The notes under the pieces were generated by a model that was given only the letters and a program-made list of their open reading frames with translations, ran no database searches and was not told the origin of the DNA. The position numbers were made by a program, and so were the translations under genes. DNA of 64,000 nucleotides from Alphaproteobacteria bacterium (GTDB taxonomy: Bacteria > Pseudomonadota > Alphaproteobacteria > CBDDJK01). Position 1 is the first letter of the stretch. Every line of letters begins with the position of its first letter. The stretch lies in contig JBGCED010000025.1 of NCBI GenBank assembly GCA_045106055.1, forward strand, positions 1,835-65,834. Reading direction: 5' to 3'. Shown here one piece after another: positions 8,561 to 18,655 of this stretch.

Positions 8561-11159
8561 AAATATTTCTAAGCAGGGTTAGCGGGGATTTGCCAAGCAG
8601 ACGAAACCCAGCAGCAAGCCCGATTGGCAATATAAGCACCAATGCTAAAATTAAAATCCCCAGCATGGACATAAAATCAAACTGATACGGGGTTTGCATG
8701 ATCGCGCTTACCACATAAAAGCTGGTTGCAATCCCTGCAATCGCTGCCAAAATGGAAGCAAGCAGTGCAATAAAACTATATTCACCAAGCCAGCCCAGCA
8801 TTTGCTGCCAGCGCGTGATCCCCAAGGTTTTAAAGATGATTGAATCATGTAAACGCATTGATTGTTCTGACATTAGCGCCCCGATTAACACAATCAACCC
8901 TGCAAGCAATGAAACCGCAGCGATGGCTTTAACCGCGAGTGCCATTTGCGTTAAAATAAGCGTTATATTATCCACCACATCGCGCACCCGAATGACCGAA
9001 ATATTATTAAATTCATCGGTAAGAGCGCGTTCAATCGCCGCTTCATCTTCGGCAGGGGCGTTGATGCTAGACAGCACGCTTTGCGGGGCGTTACTTAACA
9101 TGCCTGGCGAAAATACCATTAAAAAATTAAGATTCATGCTTGCCCAATCAATATAACGCAAATTTGCAATGGTCGCATCAAATTTGCGCCCAAATAGATT
9201 AATGCCAATCTGATCGCCAACATTAAGCCCAAAGGCGGCTGCGGCTTCTGCGTCAAAGCTTACCAGCGGATCGCCATCATAATCAGCATCCCACCATTCG
9301 CCCTTTGTAATATGTCCCTCGCCAGCCAGCATCGGGGTTGCCGACCATGTAATGCCGCGATCACCGCGCATTACCCACTGAAAATCTGCGGGTGGTTCAA
9401 TTTTATCTTCTGGCACATTGTTCAAATGGGTAATGCTGGCGCGCATAAGCGGCGTTGCATAATGGCTGATCTCTGTTTGATTTTCTGCATTATAATCACC
9501 GATAATCGCTTCAAAGCGCGCTTGCTGGCTGGGCTGTAAATCAAGCACAAACAGGCTTGGGCGGTCTTCGGTCGTGACATTCACCAGCTGCTGATCCAAA
9601 TTGCTTTGTAAATCATTTACCGCAACCAGCATGGTAAGCCCCAGCCCCAGCGATAGGGCAATGCTGATCGCGGGCGCATTTGGGCGGGATAATCCTGCAA
9701 TCGCAAGGCGTAAGGGAATGGATTTTGGATGCGCAACATAAGTCGTTAGCAGTTTGGATATTCCCCATCCAATTAGGGCAAAACCTGCAATCAAGCCCGC
9801 AAGCCCAAAAATAAAATAGAAAAATAACCGCTTATCAGGGGTGATCAGCCAGCACATGCCAATAAAAGCAGCAAGCAATGCTGCCATCACCCATAATAAT
9901 TTTAAAGGGGCGCGCCCCAATTGCATTGCACCGCCAAGCCCGCCTGCGCTTCTAAACAAGCCAGCAACAGGAATGGTCGCAGCTTGACCAAGGCTCCAAA
10001 TGATGAAAATTAAAGTCACCAGCAAGCCAAGCATTGCCGCAACCAATAGCGGTAAAGGATAAATCCCAATATTGGCGGTTAATGGCACATAATCTTGCAA
10101 TAAAGGCGCAAGCAGCCACAGCGATCCTGCGCCCAGCATAAGCCCAATCACAATGCCAATCGCTGCCATAAATAAGGCTTCAAACAGAAAAATCGTAAAG
10201 ATCAAGGCTTGCGACGCACCAAGCGCTTTTAAGCTTGCAATGGATGAAGCCTTGCGGGTTAAAAAGGCGCGCACCGCATTTGCAGCCCCAACCCCGCCAA
10301 TCACCAAAGTCGCCAGCGACACCAAATTTAAAAAGCTGCCAATGCGATCAAAAAAGCGATCCAGCCCTGGTGCGGCGCGATCCAAGCCGCGCACCCGAAA
10401 GCCTGCATCCGCAAATTCGGTTTCAATGGCGGTTTTAAAATCTGCGAATATTGTGCCTTCTTTTAAAATCAATCTTGTATAATAGCGCGCAACGCTGCCA
10501 GGCTGGATTAAATTGGTGGCTGCCAATGCCGCCGCAGAAATGGTGACCTCGGGCCCAAAATCAAGCGCATTGCTGCTTTTATCAGGCAAGCTGGTGGTGA
10601 TCCCCGCAAGGTAAAAATCAGCGTCCCCCAAGCTTAACGCATCGCCAATTTCAATCTCCAACAGATCAAGAATTCTGGAATCCGCCAATAAGGGAAATGG
10701 GCGATCAGGCGCAATTACTTGATGCAATTCATCAAACGCAATCATGCTATCCGCGCTTAACACCACGCTGCCATAAAGCGGGTAAGCATCATCAACCGCA
10801 TTAATTTCAATGATATTGCGTTGATCATTTTCAGCATAAGCCATTGCGCGAAGCGTAATAACCGAAGAAATTTCAGCAGCATTTTGCTTGATAAATGCCA
10901 TCTGTTCAAGGCTGGGTGCGCGCTGGGACAGGCGCAATTCTGCGTCCCCGCCAAGCAAGGTTCTTGCATCCCGTTCAATCGTTGATTCCAAGGCAGCGCG
11001 CAAGCTGCCAACCGCGCTGATCGCGGCAACGCCAAGCGCAAGCGCAATGATAAACAAGACAAAGCCATTTGACCCGCCGCGCATATCGCGAATGCTTAAT
11101 TTAAAGGCAAGCCTTAAAAAATCAATAAGCCCCATATTGCCGCCCATATTACTGCTCAT
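8559..11159 (-). CDS. FtsX-family (DUF214, YbbP-like) ABC transporter permease with two FtsX domains; no cognate ATPase adjacent
   Basis: An 866-aa protein with two blocks of four TM helices separated by large periplasmic domains. Its start overlaps the def stop by 4 nt. Confidence 0.75.
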   Translation of the reverse strand: MSSNMGGNMGLIDFLRLAFKLSIRDMRGGSNGFVLFIIALALGVAAISAVGSLRAALESTIERDARTLLGGDAELRLSQRAPSLEQMAFIKQNAAEISSVITLRAMAYAENDQRNIIEINAVDDAYPLYGSVVLSADSMIAFDELHQVIAPDRPFPLLADSRILDLLEIEIGDALSLGDADFYLAGITTSLPDKSSNALDFGPEVTISAAALAATNLIQPGSVARYYTRLILKEGTIFADFKTAIETEFADAGFRVRGLDRAAPGLDRFFDRIGSFLNLVSLATLVIGGVGAANAVRAFLTRKASSIASLKALGASQALIFTIFLFEALFMAAIGIVIGLMLGAGSLWLLAPLLQDYVPLTANIGIYPLPLLVAAMLGLLVTLIFIIWSLGQAATIPVAGLFRSAGGLGGAMQLGRAPLKLLWVMAALLAAFIGMCWLITPDKRLFFYFIFGLAGLIAGFALIGWGISKLLTTYVAHPKSIPLRLAIAGLSRPNAPAISIALSLGLGLTMLVAVNDLQSNLDQQLVNVTTEDRPSLFVLDLQPSQQARFEAIIGDYNAENQTEISHYATPLMRASITHLNNVPEDKIEPPADFQWVMRGDRGITWSATPMLAGEGHITKGEWWDADYDGDPLVSFDAEAAAAFGLNVGDQIGINLFGRKFDATIANLRYIDWASMNLNFLMVFSPGMLSNAPQSVLSSINAPAEDEAAIERALTDEFNNISVIRVRDVVDNITLILTQMALAVKAIAAVSLLAGLIVLIGALMSEQSMRLHDSIIFKTLGITRWQQMLGWLGEYSFIALLASILAAIAGIATSFYVVSAIMQTPYQFDFMSMLGILILALVLILPIGLAAGFRLLGKSPLTLLRNI

Positions 11160-11653
11160 GATGCGATCTTTTTCAAGCGTCGCATAATCATATCGCGGCG
11201 AATGCGGCTGATATGATCCACAAAATTAACGCCGTCCAAATGATCAATTTCATGCTGAACACAAATGGCAAGCAGCCCATCTGCTTCCAGCGTTTGATCT
11301 TTGCCGTCAATATCCACATAATCCACGGTGACGGCTTTGGGGCGTTTTACCAGCGCATATTGTTTTGGAAAGGACAAGCAGCCCTCTTCATAATTTTCGC
11401 TTTCATCGCTTGCCTTGCGAATTATGGGGTTAATTAATTTCATCGGGGCGGGGGCTTCATCTGTTTCTGCGACATCCATTACCAGCATTCGCTTTGAAAT
11501 GCCAACTTGCGGGGCAGCAAGCCCAATGCCGTTTGCCTGATACATCGTATCCAGCATTTGATCCAGAATTTGCCGAATTTCATCATCAACTGCCGTGACG
11601 GGCAATGCCTTTTTCTTTAACGCTGGGTGGGGCGCAACCAAAATTTTCATCAT
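11156..11653 (-). CDS. def: peptide deformylase
   Basis: Motifs GLAAPQVG, EGCLSFP and HEIDHLDG are all present. Confidence 0.92.
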   Translation of the reverse strand: MMKILVAPHPALKKKALPVTAVDDEIRQILDQMLDTMYQANGIGLAAPQVGISKRMLVMDVAETDEAPAPMKLINPIIRKASDESENYEEGCLSFPKQYALVKRPKAVTVDYVDIDGKDQTLEADGLLAICVQHEIDHLDGVNFVDHISRIRRDMIMRRLKKIAS

Positions 11654-11787
11654 AGCGAATATGCCTTAATGTTTTTAATATGTCATAAATTATGCTTGTA
11701 TGTAGGCAATCATAACGCTAAATTCAAGCATATATGAAAAGCACTTATGCTGCATCTGCTGAATTTAATTTTTAAAGGCTTAAACCA

Positions 11788-12177
11788 TTGGCAAACATCA
11801 TCACGCGCGCGATTACCACTTTTTTTGGGGAATTGGTCGGAACGGATCAATTTGGCAATCTTTATTATCAGCATAAAAAGCAACCAAGCCCCCATAAAAG
11901 ACGGCGGCGCTGGGTTGTTTACAGCAAGGATGCCAAAAAAATGACCTCGCAAGATGATGCAAGCTTGGTGCCTTCCAGCCATTATAATTGGCTGCATCAT
12001 ACCAGTGATGAATTTCCAGATGATGCTTCCTTATCAAAAGCCCTCTCTCATTCATGGCAAAAGCCGCATCGCCCCAATATGACGGGAACGCGCCATGCTT
12101 ATCGCCCCAGCGGTCATCTTTATAAGGGCGGAAAACGCCCAAAGGCGACGGGCGATTATGAAGCATGGCAACCTTAA
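11788..12177 (+). CDS. NDUFA12-like (NADH:ubiquinone oxidoreductase 17.2-kDa subunit family) protein
   Basis: GTDQFGNLYY…RRWVVY…NMTGTRHAYRP…GDYEAWQP matches the NDUFA12 family pattern. Confidence 0.75.
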   Translation: MANIITRAITTFFGELVGTDQFGNLYYQHKKQPSPHKRRRRWVVYSKDAKKMTSQDDASLVPSSHYNWLHHTSDEFPDDASLSKALSHSWQKPHRPNMTGTRHAYRPSGHLYKGGKRPKATGDYEAWQP

Positions 12178-12686
12178 TCAGGGGGGGATTTAAAGCCATG
12201 CATAAAATTTTCAACAGCGAATTTCAAGATTACCGCCATTTTGTGCTTGGCTGTGTGCTGATGGGTGCGCTGGTCATGCTTGCCTTTTTAAGCGCATCTT
12301 CAAATGCAAACAGCAATGGCAGCGCATCTTTTAAGCTTCATGCGACATTCAAACAAATTCAAGGCATTACGATGGGCAGCCCCGTTAATATTGCGGGCAT
12401 AAAAGTGGGGCAGGTTGAGGATATTGCGCTTAACACCCAAAATCAAGAAATCACCCTTACGCTTGGCTTTGATCGCGATGTTCAGCTTCCTTATGACAGT
12501 TCCATAAAGATCGTGTCATCGGGGCTATTTGGCACAAAATCGCTAAGGCTAAGCCCGGGCGCAGAATTTGAAAATTTTGAATCGGGCGATATGATTGACT
12601 ATACCCAAGATGCGATTTTGTTGGAACAAGTGCTTGAGGATATTATCATTCGCGCCGAAACAAATAAGCTTAAACAACAAAAATAA
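12165..12686 (+). CDS. MlaD/Mce-domain protein (small, single TM)
   Basis: N-terminal TM followed by an Mce-like beta domain (…IAGIKVGQVEDIAL…). Confidence 0.55.
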   Translation: MATLIRGGFKAMHKIFNSEFQDYRHFVLGCVLMGALVMLAFLSASSNANSNGSASFKLHATFKQIQGITMGSPVNIAGIKVGQVEDIALNTQNQEITLTLGFDRDVQLPYDSSIKIVSSGLFGTKSLRLSPGAEFENFESGDMIDYTQDAILLEQVLEDIIIRAETNKLKQQK

Positions 12687-12700
12687 TAAGGGATAGAGCG

Positions 12701-13153
12701 TTGAACAGAAATGCGATTGAAGCCGTATTGGGCATGGTTGTCTTGTTGGTTGCGGGGCTGTTTTTGCTGGCTGGCTGGTCGGCAGGGTCGGCGGGAAGCG
12801 CGCAAACAGGCACAGGCTATAAGGCGGAATTTAACAATATTGATGGCTTATCACAAGGCGCGCTTATTCGCCTAGGCGGGGTTGAAGTTGGCAGCGTGAC
12901 CAATATCGCGCTGGATATGCAGCGCTTTATGGCGGTCATTGATCTTAATGTTGATGAAACTTTGGCTATTCCAGCCGATTCAGAACTTAAAATCATGTCA
13001 GATGGCTTGCTTGGCGGTAAATATTTGCAGCTAATCCCAGGCAAAGCGGGTGATTCGCTTGCAGCAGGTGCAAAATTTTCAAAAACCCATGATCTTATTA
13101 ACCTTGAAGATTTATTAAGCCGCGCCATCTTTATGGTTGGCACGAATAATTAA
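12701..13153 (+). CDS. MlaD/Mce-domain protein, paralog in tandem
   Basis: N-terminal TM followed by …LIRLGGVEVGSVTNIALD…, the same fold as the upstream ORF. Confidence 0.55.
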   Translation: MNRNAIEAVLGMVVLLVAGLFLLAGWSAGSAGSAQTGTGYKAEFNNIDGLSQGALIRLGGVEVGSVTNIALDMQRFMAVIDLNVDETLAIPADSELKIMSDGLLGGKYLQLIPGKAGDSLAAGAKFSKTHDLINLEDLLSRAIFMVGTNN

Positions 13154-13175
13154 GAAAAACCAAAGGAGTTAAAAA

Positions 13176-14036
13176 ATGACAGATCCCCGCGCCCTATCCC
13201 AGCTTGAGGCTGAAATTAACAGCGCATTTGAGCAAAAAGAAGCGATCTCAACCGATACAAAAGGTGCGGTGCGCGATGCCGTCAATGAAACCTTAACTTT
13301 GCTGGATCAAGGCAAAGTGCGGGTTGCCACCCGCGAAGCCGTTGGGCAATGGACGGTGCATCAATGGCTTAAAAAGGCTGTTTTATTATCCTTTCGTTTA
13401 AATGGCATGGTGATGATCAAGGGCGGGGCTGGCAATGATACGCATTGGTGGGATAAAGTCCCCAGCAAATTTGAAGGCTGGCAAGCCGCAGATTTTCAAA
13501 ATGCGGGCTTTCGCGCCGTTCCAAACTGCACGGTAAGACATTCAGCCTATATTGCGCCATCTGTGGTGTTAATGCCAAGCTTCGTGAATTTAGGGGCTTT
13601 TGTGGATCAAGGATCAATGGTGGATACATGGTCAACCGTGGGTTCATGCGCGCAAATTGGCAAGAATGTTCATTTATCGGGCGGGGTTGGCATTGGCGGG
13701 GTGCTTGAACCTTTACAAGCAGGCCCTGTGATCATTGAAGATAATTGCTTTATCGGCGCGCGTTCCGAAATCGCCGAGGGGGTAATCGTTGAAGAGGGCG
13801 CGGTCGTATCCATGGGGGTCTATATTGGGGCTTCCACCAAAATCATTGACCGCCAAACGGGCGAAGTGATTATGGGGCGCGTTCCAGCTTATTCAGTCGT
13901 GGTTGCGGGCAGCTTGCCAGGCAAAAACTTGCCAAATGGCGAACCAGGCCCCAGCCTATATTGCGCGGTCATCGTTAAAAAAGTGGATGCAAGAACGCGC
14001 AGCAAAACATCAATCAACGATCTTTTGCGCGATTAA
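13176..14036 (+). CDS. dapD: 2,3,4,5-tetrahydropyridine-2,6-dicarboxylate N-succinyltransferase
   Basis: A 286-aa protein with left-handed beta-helix hexapeptide repeats and the alphaproteobacterial DapD length. Confidence 0.85.
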   Translation: MTDPRALSQLEAEINSAFEQKEAISTDTKGAVRDAVNETLTLLDQGKVRVATREAVGQWTVHQWLKKAVLLSFRLNGMVMIKGGAGNDTHWWDKVPSKFEGWQAADFQNAGFRAVPNCTVRHSAYIAPSVVLMPSFVNLGAFVDQGSMVDTWSTVGSCAQIGKNVHLSGGVGIGGVLEPLQAGPVIIEDNCFIGARSEIAEGVIVEEGAVVSMGVYIGASTKIIDRQTGEVIMGRVPAYSVVVAGSLPGKNLPNGEPGPSLYCAVIVKKVDARTRSKTSINDLLRD

Positions 14037-14047
14037 TGCCTTAAATC

Positions 14048-14869
14048 ATGCAAATATTATCAGAAAAAATCACGGCAACGCTTGATACGCTTTCTAGGCT
14101 TGCACCCAATTTTAGCCCCAAGGTTGGGATTGTACTTGGCTCTGGCTTGGGCGGTTTTGTGGATCAGGTTAAAAACCCAATTCATATTGGCTATGATCAG
14201 CTGCCAAGCTTCCCAAATGCAGGGGTTGCAGGTCATAAGGGGCGTTTGGTGCTGGGATATATTGGCGATGTTCCAATCGCGGTCATGCAAGGGCGCGCCC
14301 ATTTTTATGAAACAGGCGATGCAAGCGCGATGAAGGGCGCAATTTTCACCCTAAAGCAATTTGGCTGTGAAAATCTGATCCTAACCAATGCTGCGGGCAG
14401 CATTGATGAACATGCAGGTTCTGGCAGTGTGATGTTGCTGCGCGATCACATTAACTTTACGGGCGTATCGCCATTATTTAATGAACAGGGCGATCAGCGA
14501 TTTGTGGATTTGGTGGATGCCTATGATCCTGAATTTTGCGATTCCCTGCTTGCTCATGCAAAGACACAGAATATTGAATTGCATCAAGGCGTTTATATGT
14601 GGTTTTGCGGCCCGCATTTTGAAACCCCTGCGGAAATAAGGGCAGCAAAAATAATGGGCGCAAATGCGGTTGGGATGTCCACCGTTCCCGAAGTGATTTT
14701 GGCGCGCCATCAAGGGATGCGGGTTGCCGCCTTATCCATCATCACCAATGAAGCTGCGGGCATTAGCAAGGTTAAATTAAGCCATGAACATACGATGAAA
14801 AATGCTGGCATTGCTGCAAAAAAGATTGAAAATTTGCTAAGTGCTTTCATTGCAAGCGATCTGGCATAA
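14048..14869 (+). CDS. purine nucleoside phosphorylase (PNP/MTAP family)
   Basis: GSGLGG phosphate loop and the …ILTNAAGS… motif; 273 aa. Confidence 0.85.
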   Translation: MQILSEKITATLDTLSRLAPNFSPKVGIVLGSGLGGFVDQVKNPIHIGYDQLPSFPNAGVAGHKGRLVLGYIGDVPIAVMQGRAHFYETGDASAMKGAIFTLKQFGCENLILTNAAGSIDEHAGSGSVMLLRDHINFTGVSPLFNEQGDQRFVDLVDAYDPEFCDSLLAHAKTQNIELHQGVYMWFCGPHFETPAEIRAAKIMGANAVGMSTVPEVILARHQGMRVAALSIITNEAAGISKVKLSHEHTMKNAGIAAKKIENLLSAFIASDLA

Positions 14870-14870
14870 G

Positions 14871-16205
14871 ATGCAACATAATTATATCCCGCAAGAGCTT
14901 ATTCGCAAAAAACGCGATGGCGGTCATCTTGATGAAGCTGAAATTGATTTTTTAGTGCGCGGGCTTACCGATCATAAAATTGGCGATGCGCAAATTGCAG
15001 CCTTTGCGATGGCGGTGTTTTTTAATGGCATGGATAAAACAGAAGGCATTGCCTTAACCCGCGCCATGACCCAATCGGGCGATGTGCTGGATTGGCAGCA
15101 TTTGAATTTATCTGGTCCAATCTTGGATAAGCATTCAACGGGCGGGGTCGGCGATAAGGTTAGCTTGATGCTTGCCCCAATCATTGCCGCTTGCGGCGGT
15201 TTTGTGCCAATGATTTCAGGGCGCGGACTTGGGCATACGGGCGGCACATTGGATAAAATGGATTCGATCGCAGGCTATCAAACTGCCCCTGATCCTGATT
15301 TATTTCGGCGCACTGTCAAGCAGGTGGGCTGTGCGATTATCGGGCAAACTGGGAATTTAGCGCCTGCGGATAAGCGCCTATATGCCATTCGCGATGTAAC
15401 CTCAACCGTTGAATCGATCCCGCTTATTACCGCATCCATTCTTTCAAAAAAGCTTGCTGCGGGGCTGGAAGGCTTGGTGCTTGATGTCAAAACAGGTTCT
15501 GGTGCATTTGCGGCAACTTATGATATGGCGCGCTCATTATCCTTAAATATTGTTGAGGTCGCAAAAGGGCTGGGACTGCAATGCAGCGCATTAATTACCG
15601 ATATGAATCAGGTGCTTGGGCATAGCGCAGGCAATGGCGTTGAGGTGATGGAGGTTATAAAATATCTTCAAAACACAGATCAAGACCCGCGCTTGCATGA
15701 ATGCGTTGTTGCCTTATGCGCGGCAATGCTCATGCAAGGCAAGCTTGCATCATCGCTTGAACAAGCGCGCAATAAGGTCAATAAGGCAATTAGCAGCGGC
15801 GATGCTGCCCAATATTTTGCAAAAATGGTTGCTGCGCTTGGCGGGCCTGTGGATGTGATGGAACGACCCGATGATTATATTGCATCCGCCCCCTATATTG
15901 CGCCCTGTTTTTTGGATGATGCAGGGATTGTAAACAAAATTGATGTGCGCAAGATCGGCATTGCGATTATCGGGCTTGGGGGCGGGCGCACGGATCCGCA
16001 ACAAAAAATTGACCCTAGGGTCGGGTTTACACAGCTTGCAGGGTTAAATGCTGCGCTTGATTCAAAAACCCCGCTTGCAATCATTCATGCTGCCGATGAA
16101 GGCGCGTGGCAGCGCGCTGCTGCTGCTTTAAAATCCGCTTATCAGATTGACCCAGCAGCTGCAAAAACCGATTCTGCCCCCATCATTATGGAACAGATTG
16201 ATTAA
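14871..16205 (+). CDS. deoA: thymidine/pyrimidine-nucleoside phosphorylase
   Basis: KHSTGGVGDKVSLMLAPIIAACGGFVPMISGRGLGHTGGTLDKMDSIAG signature. The ORF track starts at 14841, but the Met at 14871 avoids overlap with the PNP gene. Confidence 0.85.
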   Translation: MQHNYIPQELIRKKRDGGHLDEAEIDFLVRGLTDHKIGDAQIAAFAMAVFFNGMDKTEGIALTRAMTQSGDVLDWQHLNLSGPILDKHSTGGVGDKVSLMLAPIIAACGGFVPMISGRGLGHTGGTLDKMDSIAGYQTAPDPDLFRRTVKQVGCAIIGQTGNLAPADKRLYAIRDVTSTVESIPLITASILSKKLAAGLEGLVLDVKTGSGAFAATYDMARSLSLNIVEVAKGLGLQCSALITDMNQVLGHSAGNGVEVMEVIKYLQNTDQDPRLHECVVALCAAMLMQGKLASSLEQARNKVNKAISSGDAAQYFAKMVAALGGPVDVMERPDDYIASAPYIAPCFLDDAGIVNKIDVRKIGIAIIGLGGGRTDPQQKIDPRVGFTQLAGLNAALDSKTPLAIIHAADEGAWQRAAAALKSAYQIDPAAAKTDSAPIIMEQID

Positions 16206-16207
16206 GC

Positions 16208-17389
16208 ATGGCGCGCGCATTTATCCTTGTGATTGATTCTTTTGGAATTGGCGAAGCCCCCGATGCGGCTTCCTTTGGGGATGTGGGCGCGGATACTTTT
16301 GGGCATATTGCTGAAAAATATCCTTTGAAAATACCCAATTTGCTTGGGCTTGGGCTTGGGGAGGCCTATCGGATCAGCACGGGGCATTATCCTGCTGGCA
16401 TGAAGGATATGCCCCCGATCAATGCAGCTTACGGTGCAGCCGCCGAACAAAGTCGCGGCAAAGACACGCCAAGCGGACATTGGGAAATGGCGGGGCTGCC
16501 TGTTGATTTTGATTGGGGCTATTTTCCAGATGAAAATCCTTGTTTTCCCAAGGAATTAACCGATGCTTTAATTGATCAAGGCAATTTGGCGGGCATTTTG
16601 GGAAATCGTCATGCTTCTGGCACGCAAATTATCCAAGAATGGGGCGAAACCCATATTAAAACAGCAAAGCCAATTTGCTATAGTTCTGCGGATTCTGTAT
16701 TTCAAATTGCGGCGCATGAAGATGTTTTTGGGCTTCAGCGCCTATATGATCTATGCGCGCTGGCAGAAACTTTATGTAAACCCTATAAAATCGGGCGGGT
16801 CATTGCGCGACCTTTTCTTGGCAGCCATGCGGATGATTTTAAACGCACCGCCAACCGCAAGGATTTAACCGTTCCCCCTCATGGGGAAACCTTGCTGGAT
16901 CGCCTTTGCGCTGCGGGCGGCAGCGTCATTTCAGTGGGAAAAATTGCCGATATTTTTGCAGGTCGCGGCATTTCCAAACGCTTAAAAGCCCCAACCACCG
17001 AAGGCTTGATGGATCACGCGATCAATCAATTAAAAACCGCCCCTGATGAAAGCTTGACCTTTGTCAATTTTGTTGATTTTGACCAGCTTTATGGGCATCG
17101 CCGCGATGTAGAAGGCTATGCGCGGGAGCTTGAAAAATTGGATGCGATTTTGCCTGATTTTATCCATCAAATGCGCCCCGATGATTTGGCGGTGATCAGC
17201 GCAGATCATGGCTGCGATCCCACATGGCATGGCACAAATCATACGCGCGAAAATGTGCCTTTATTATTCTTTGGTGCGGGGGTAATTCCGCAAAATTTGG
17301 GGCTGCGTTCAAGCTTTGCCGATTTGGGGCAAACGCTTGCTGCGCATTTGGGCATCCCCCCGCTTCAATATGGCATCAAATGTTTTTAA
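16208..17389 (+). CDS. deoB: phosphopentomutase
   Basis: N-terminal VIDSFGIGEAPDA…GHIAE metal-binding signature; 393 aa. Confidence 0.9.
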   Translation: MARAFILVIDSFGIGEAPDAASFGDVGADTFGHIAEKYPLKIPNLLGLGLGEAYRISTGHYPAGMKDMPPINAAYGAAAEQSRGKDTPSGHWEMAGLPVDFDWGYFPDENPCFPKELTDALIDQGNLAGILGNRHASGTQIIQEWGETHIKTAKPICYSSADSVFQIAAHEDVFGLQRLYDLCALAETLCKPYKIGRVIARPFLGSHADDFKRTANRKDLTVPPHGETLLDRLCAAGGSVISVGKIADIFAGRGISKRLKAPTTEGLMDHAINQLKTAPDESLTFVNFVDFDQLYGHRRDVEGYARELEKLDAILPDFIHQMRPDDLAVISADHGCDPTWHGTNHTRENVPLLFFGAGVIPQNLGLRSSFADLGQTLAAHLGIPPLQYGIKCF

Positions 17390-18633
17390 AAACAGCGTTT
17401 GAACCAGTTTAAAAGCTGGTAATGATAGCCTGTTCTGCCGTCAATATTTTCGCGTTTGGGCTTGACCGCAGCAGATAGAAATTTGGGTTGAAGCGCATGG
17501 AAATTATAATGCTGAACCAGCCCCATAACGCACGCGCCTTGTGGTAATTTAAAGCCTTCAAGCACGCCCGAAACCCCTTGCGGTTTTCCGTTTCTGACCT
17601 GCGCTTTAAAATGTTCGGTTGCAACCATGTGCAGCCCTTCTAGGTTTGCGCCGCCGCCCGTTAAAACAAAATGCCATAAATGCAAATGATCATAGCCTGC
17701 ATTGTTTAATTTTTTTTCAATTTCCTCAAGCAGCGCTTTAACCCGCCCATTAATCACCTTATTGAGCTGGGACGCGGATTGTTGGTGCTGATGATTGCTG
17801 GGATCATCGCCTGCAAGATAATAGGTAATAAAATTATTGGCATCTTTTGGTGCCATCAGCGCATTTCCATGACGCGACATTAGCCGATAAGATTCTTTTG
17901 AATTTATACCAAGCGTGCGCGCAATATCATTTTGAACCGTATTGATGCCAAAGGGCAGGCTGGCTGCAAATTGCAGCGCATGCTGGCGAATGATGCTAAT
18001 GCCAATGGTTTGATCGCCAAAATCAAGAACAATGGCACCGATTTCACTTTCCGCAGGGGTAAGCACCGATTGCGCCGCAGCATAGGGCGCAAAAACCTTG
18101 CGATGCGCTTTTATTTTGCAATATGCAAGCGCGGCATCAATATTTTTAACGGCGGTTGCATCCACGCTTAGGCAGTGCATTTTAATGCTAAGGCTGTTGG
18201 AGTGAAGATTAACGGGGTTTTTGCTTTCAAGCTTGCCATCAATGTAAAACCCAATCGGGTTTAAATGTAAAATTTGGCGATCTGGCTTTAGGGCAATATT
18301 TGCTTTGGCTTCGCTGATCAGGCGGCGTACATCGTCTTGGGTGATTTGTGTGGACGGAATTTTGATCTGGTGCTGGGTTTGATGGCTGATCGCTTTTGAT
18401 CGATTGACCGATATGATTAAATTATCAATATGTTGTTGTGCTGCTGATTCTGCGCGATGAATCGCGGTTGAGATTGCGTCTGCGGCGGCATCAAAGGCGG
18501 TGATCTGCCCCGATACAATGCCTGATGATGGTACGATTGCCCCGCCAAGCTGCGTAAAGCCTTGTTCTGTTTTTTGGGCAATCAATACCCTAATGTAAGA
18601 TGATCCGATGTCTAAGCCTGCAACGATTGTCAT
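17386..18633 (-). CDS. ftsA: cell division protein FtsA
   Basis: Actin-fold motifs (VAGLDIGSS, …LTGGGANL…), 415 aa, immediately downstream of ftsQ. Confidence 0.9.
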   Translation of the reverse strand: MTIVAGLDIGSSYIRVLIAQKTEQGFTQLGGAIVPSSGIVSGQITAFDAAADAISTAIHRAESAAQQHIDNLIISVNRSKAISHQTQHQIKIPSTQITQDDVRRLISEAKANIALKPDRQILHLNPIGFYIDGKLESKNPVNLHSNSLSIKMHCLSVDATAVKNIDAALAYCKIKAHRKVFAPYAAAQSVLTPAESEIGAIVLDFGDQTIGISIIRQHALQFAASLPFGINTVQNDIARTLGINSKESYRLMSRHGNALMAPKDANNFITYYLAGDDPSNHQHQQSASQLNKVINGRVKALLEEIEKKLNNAGYDHLHLWHFVLTGGGANLEGLHMVATEHFKAQVRNGKPQGVSGVLEGFKLPQGACVMGLVQHYNFHALQPKFLSAAVKPKRENIDGRTGYHYQLLNWFKRCF

Positions 18634-18655
18634 TTATAACATCCTATTCATAAGC

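Noticed and set aside
14841-14870. 29-nt overlap of deoA with the PNP gene
   Set aside because: The conserved thymidine phosphorylase N-terminus begins at the Met at 14871 (MQHNYIPQEL), which leaves a 2-nt gap.
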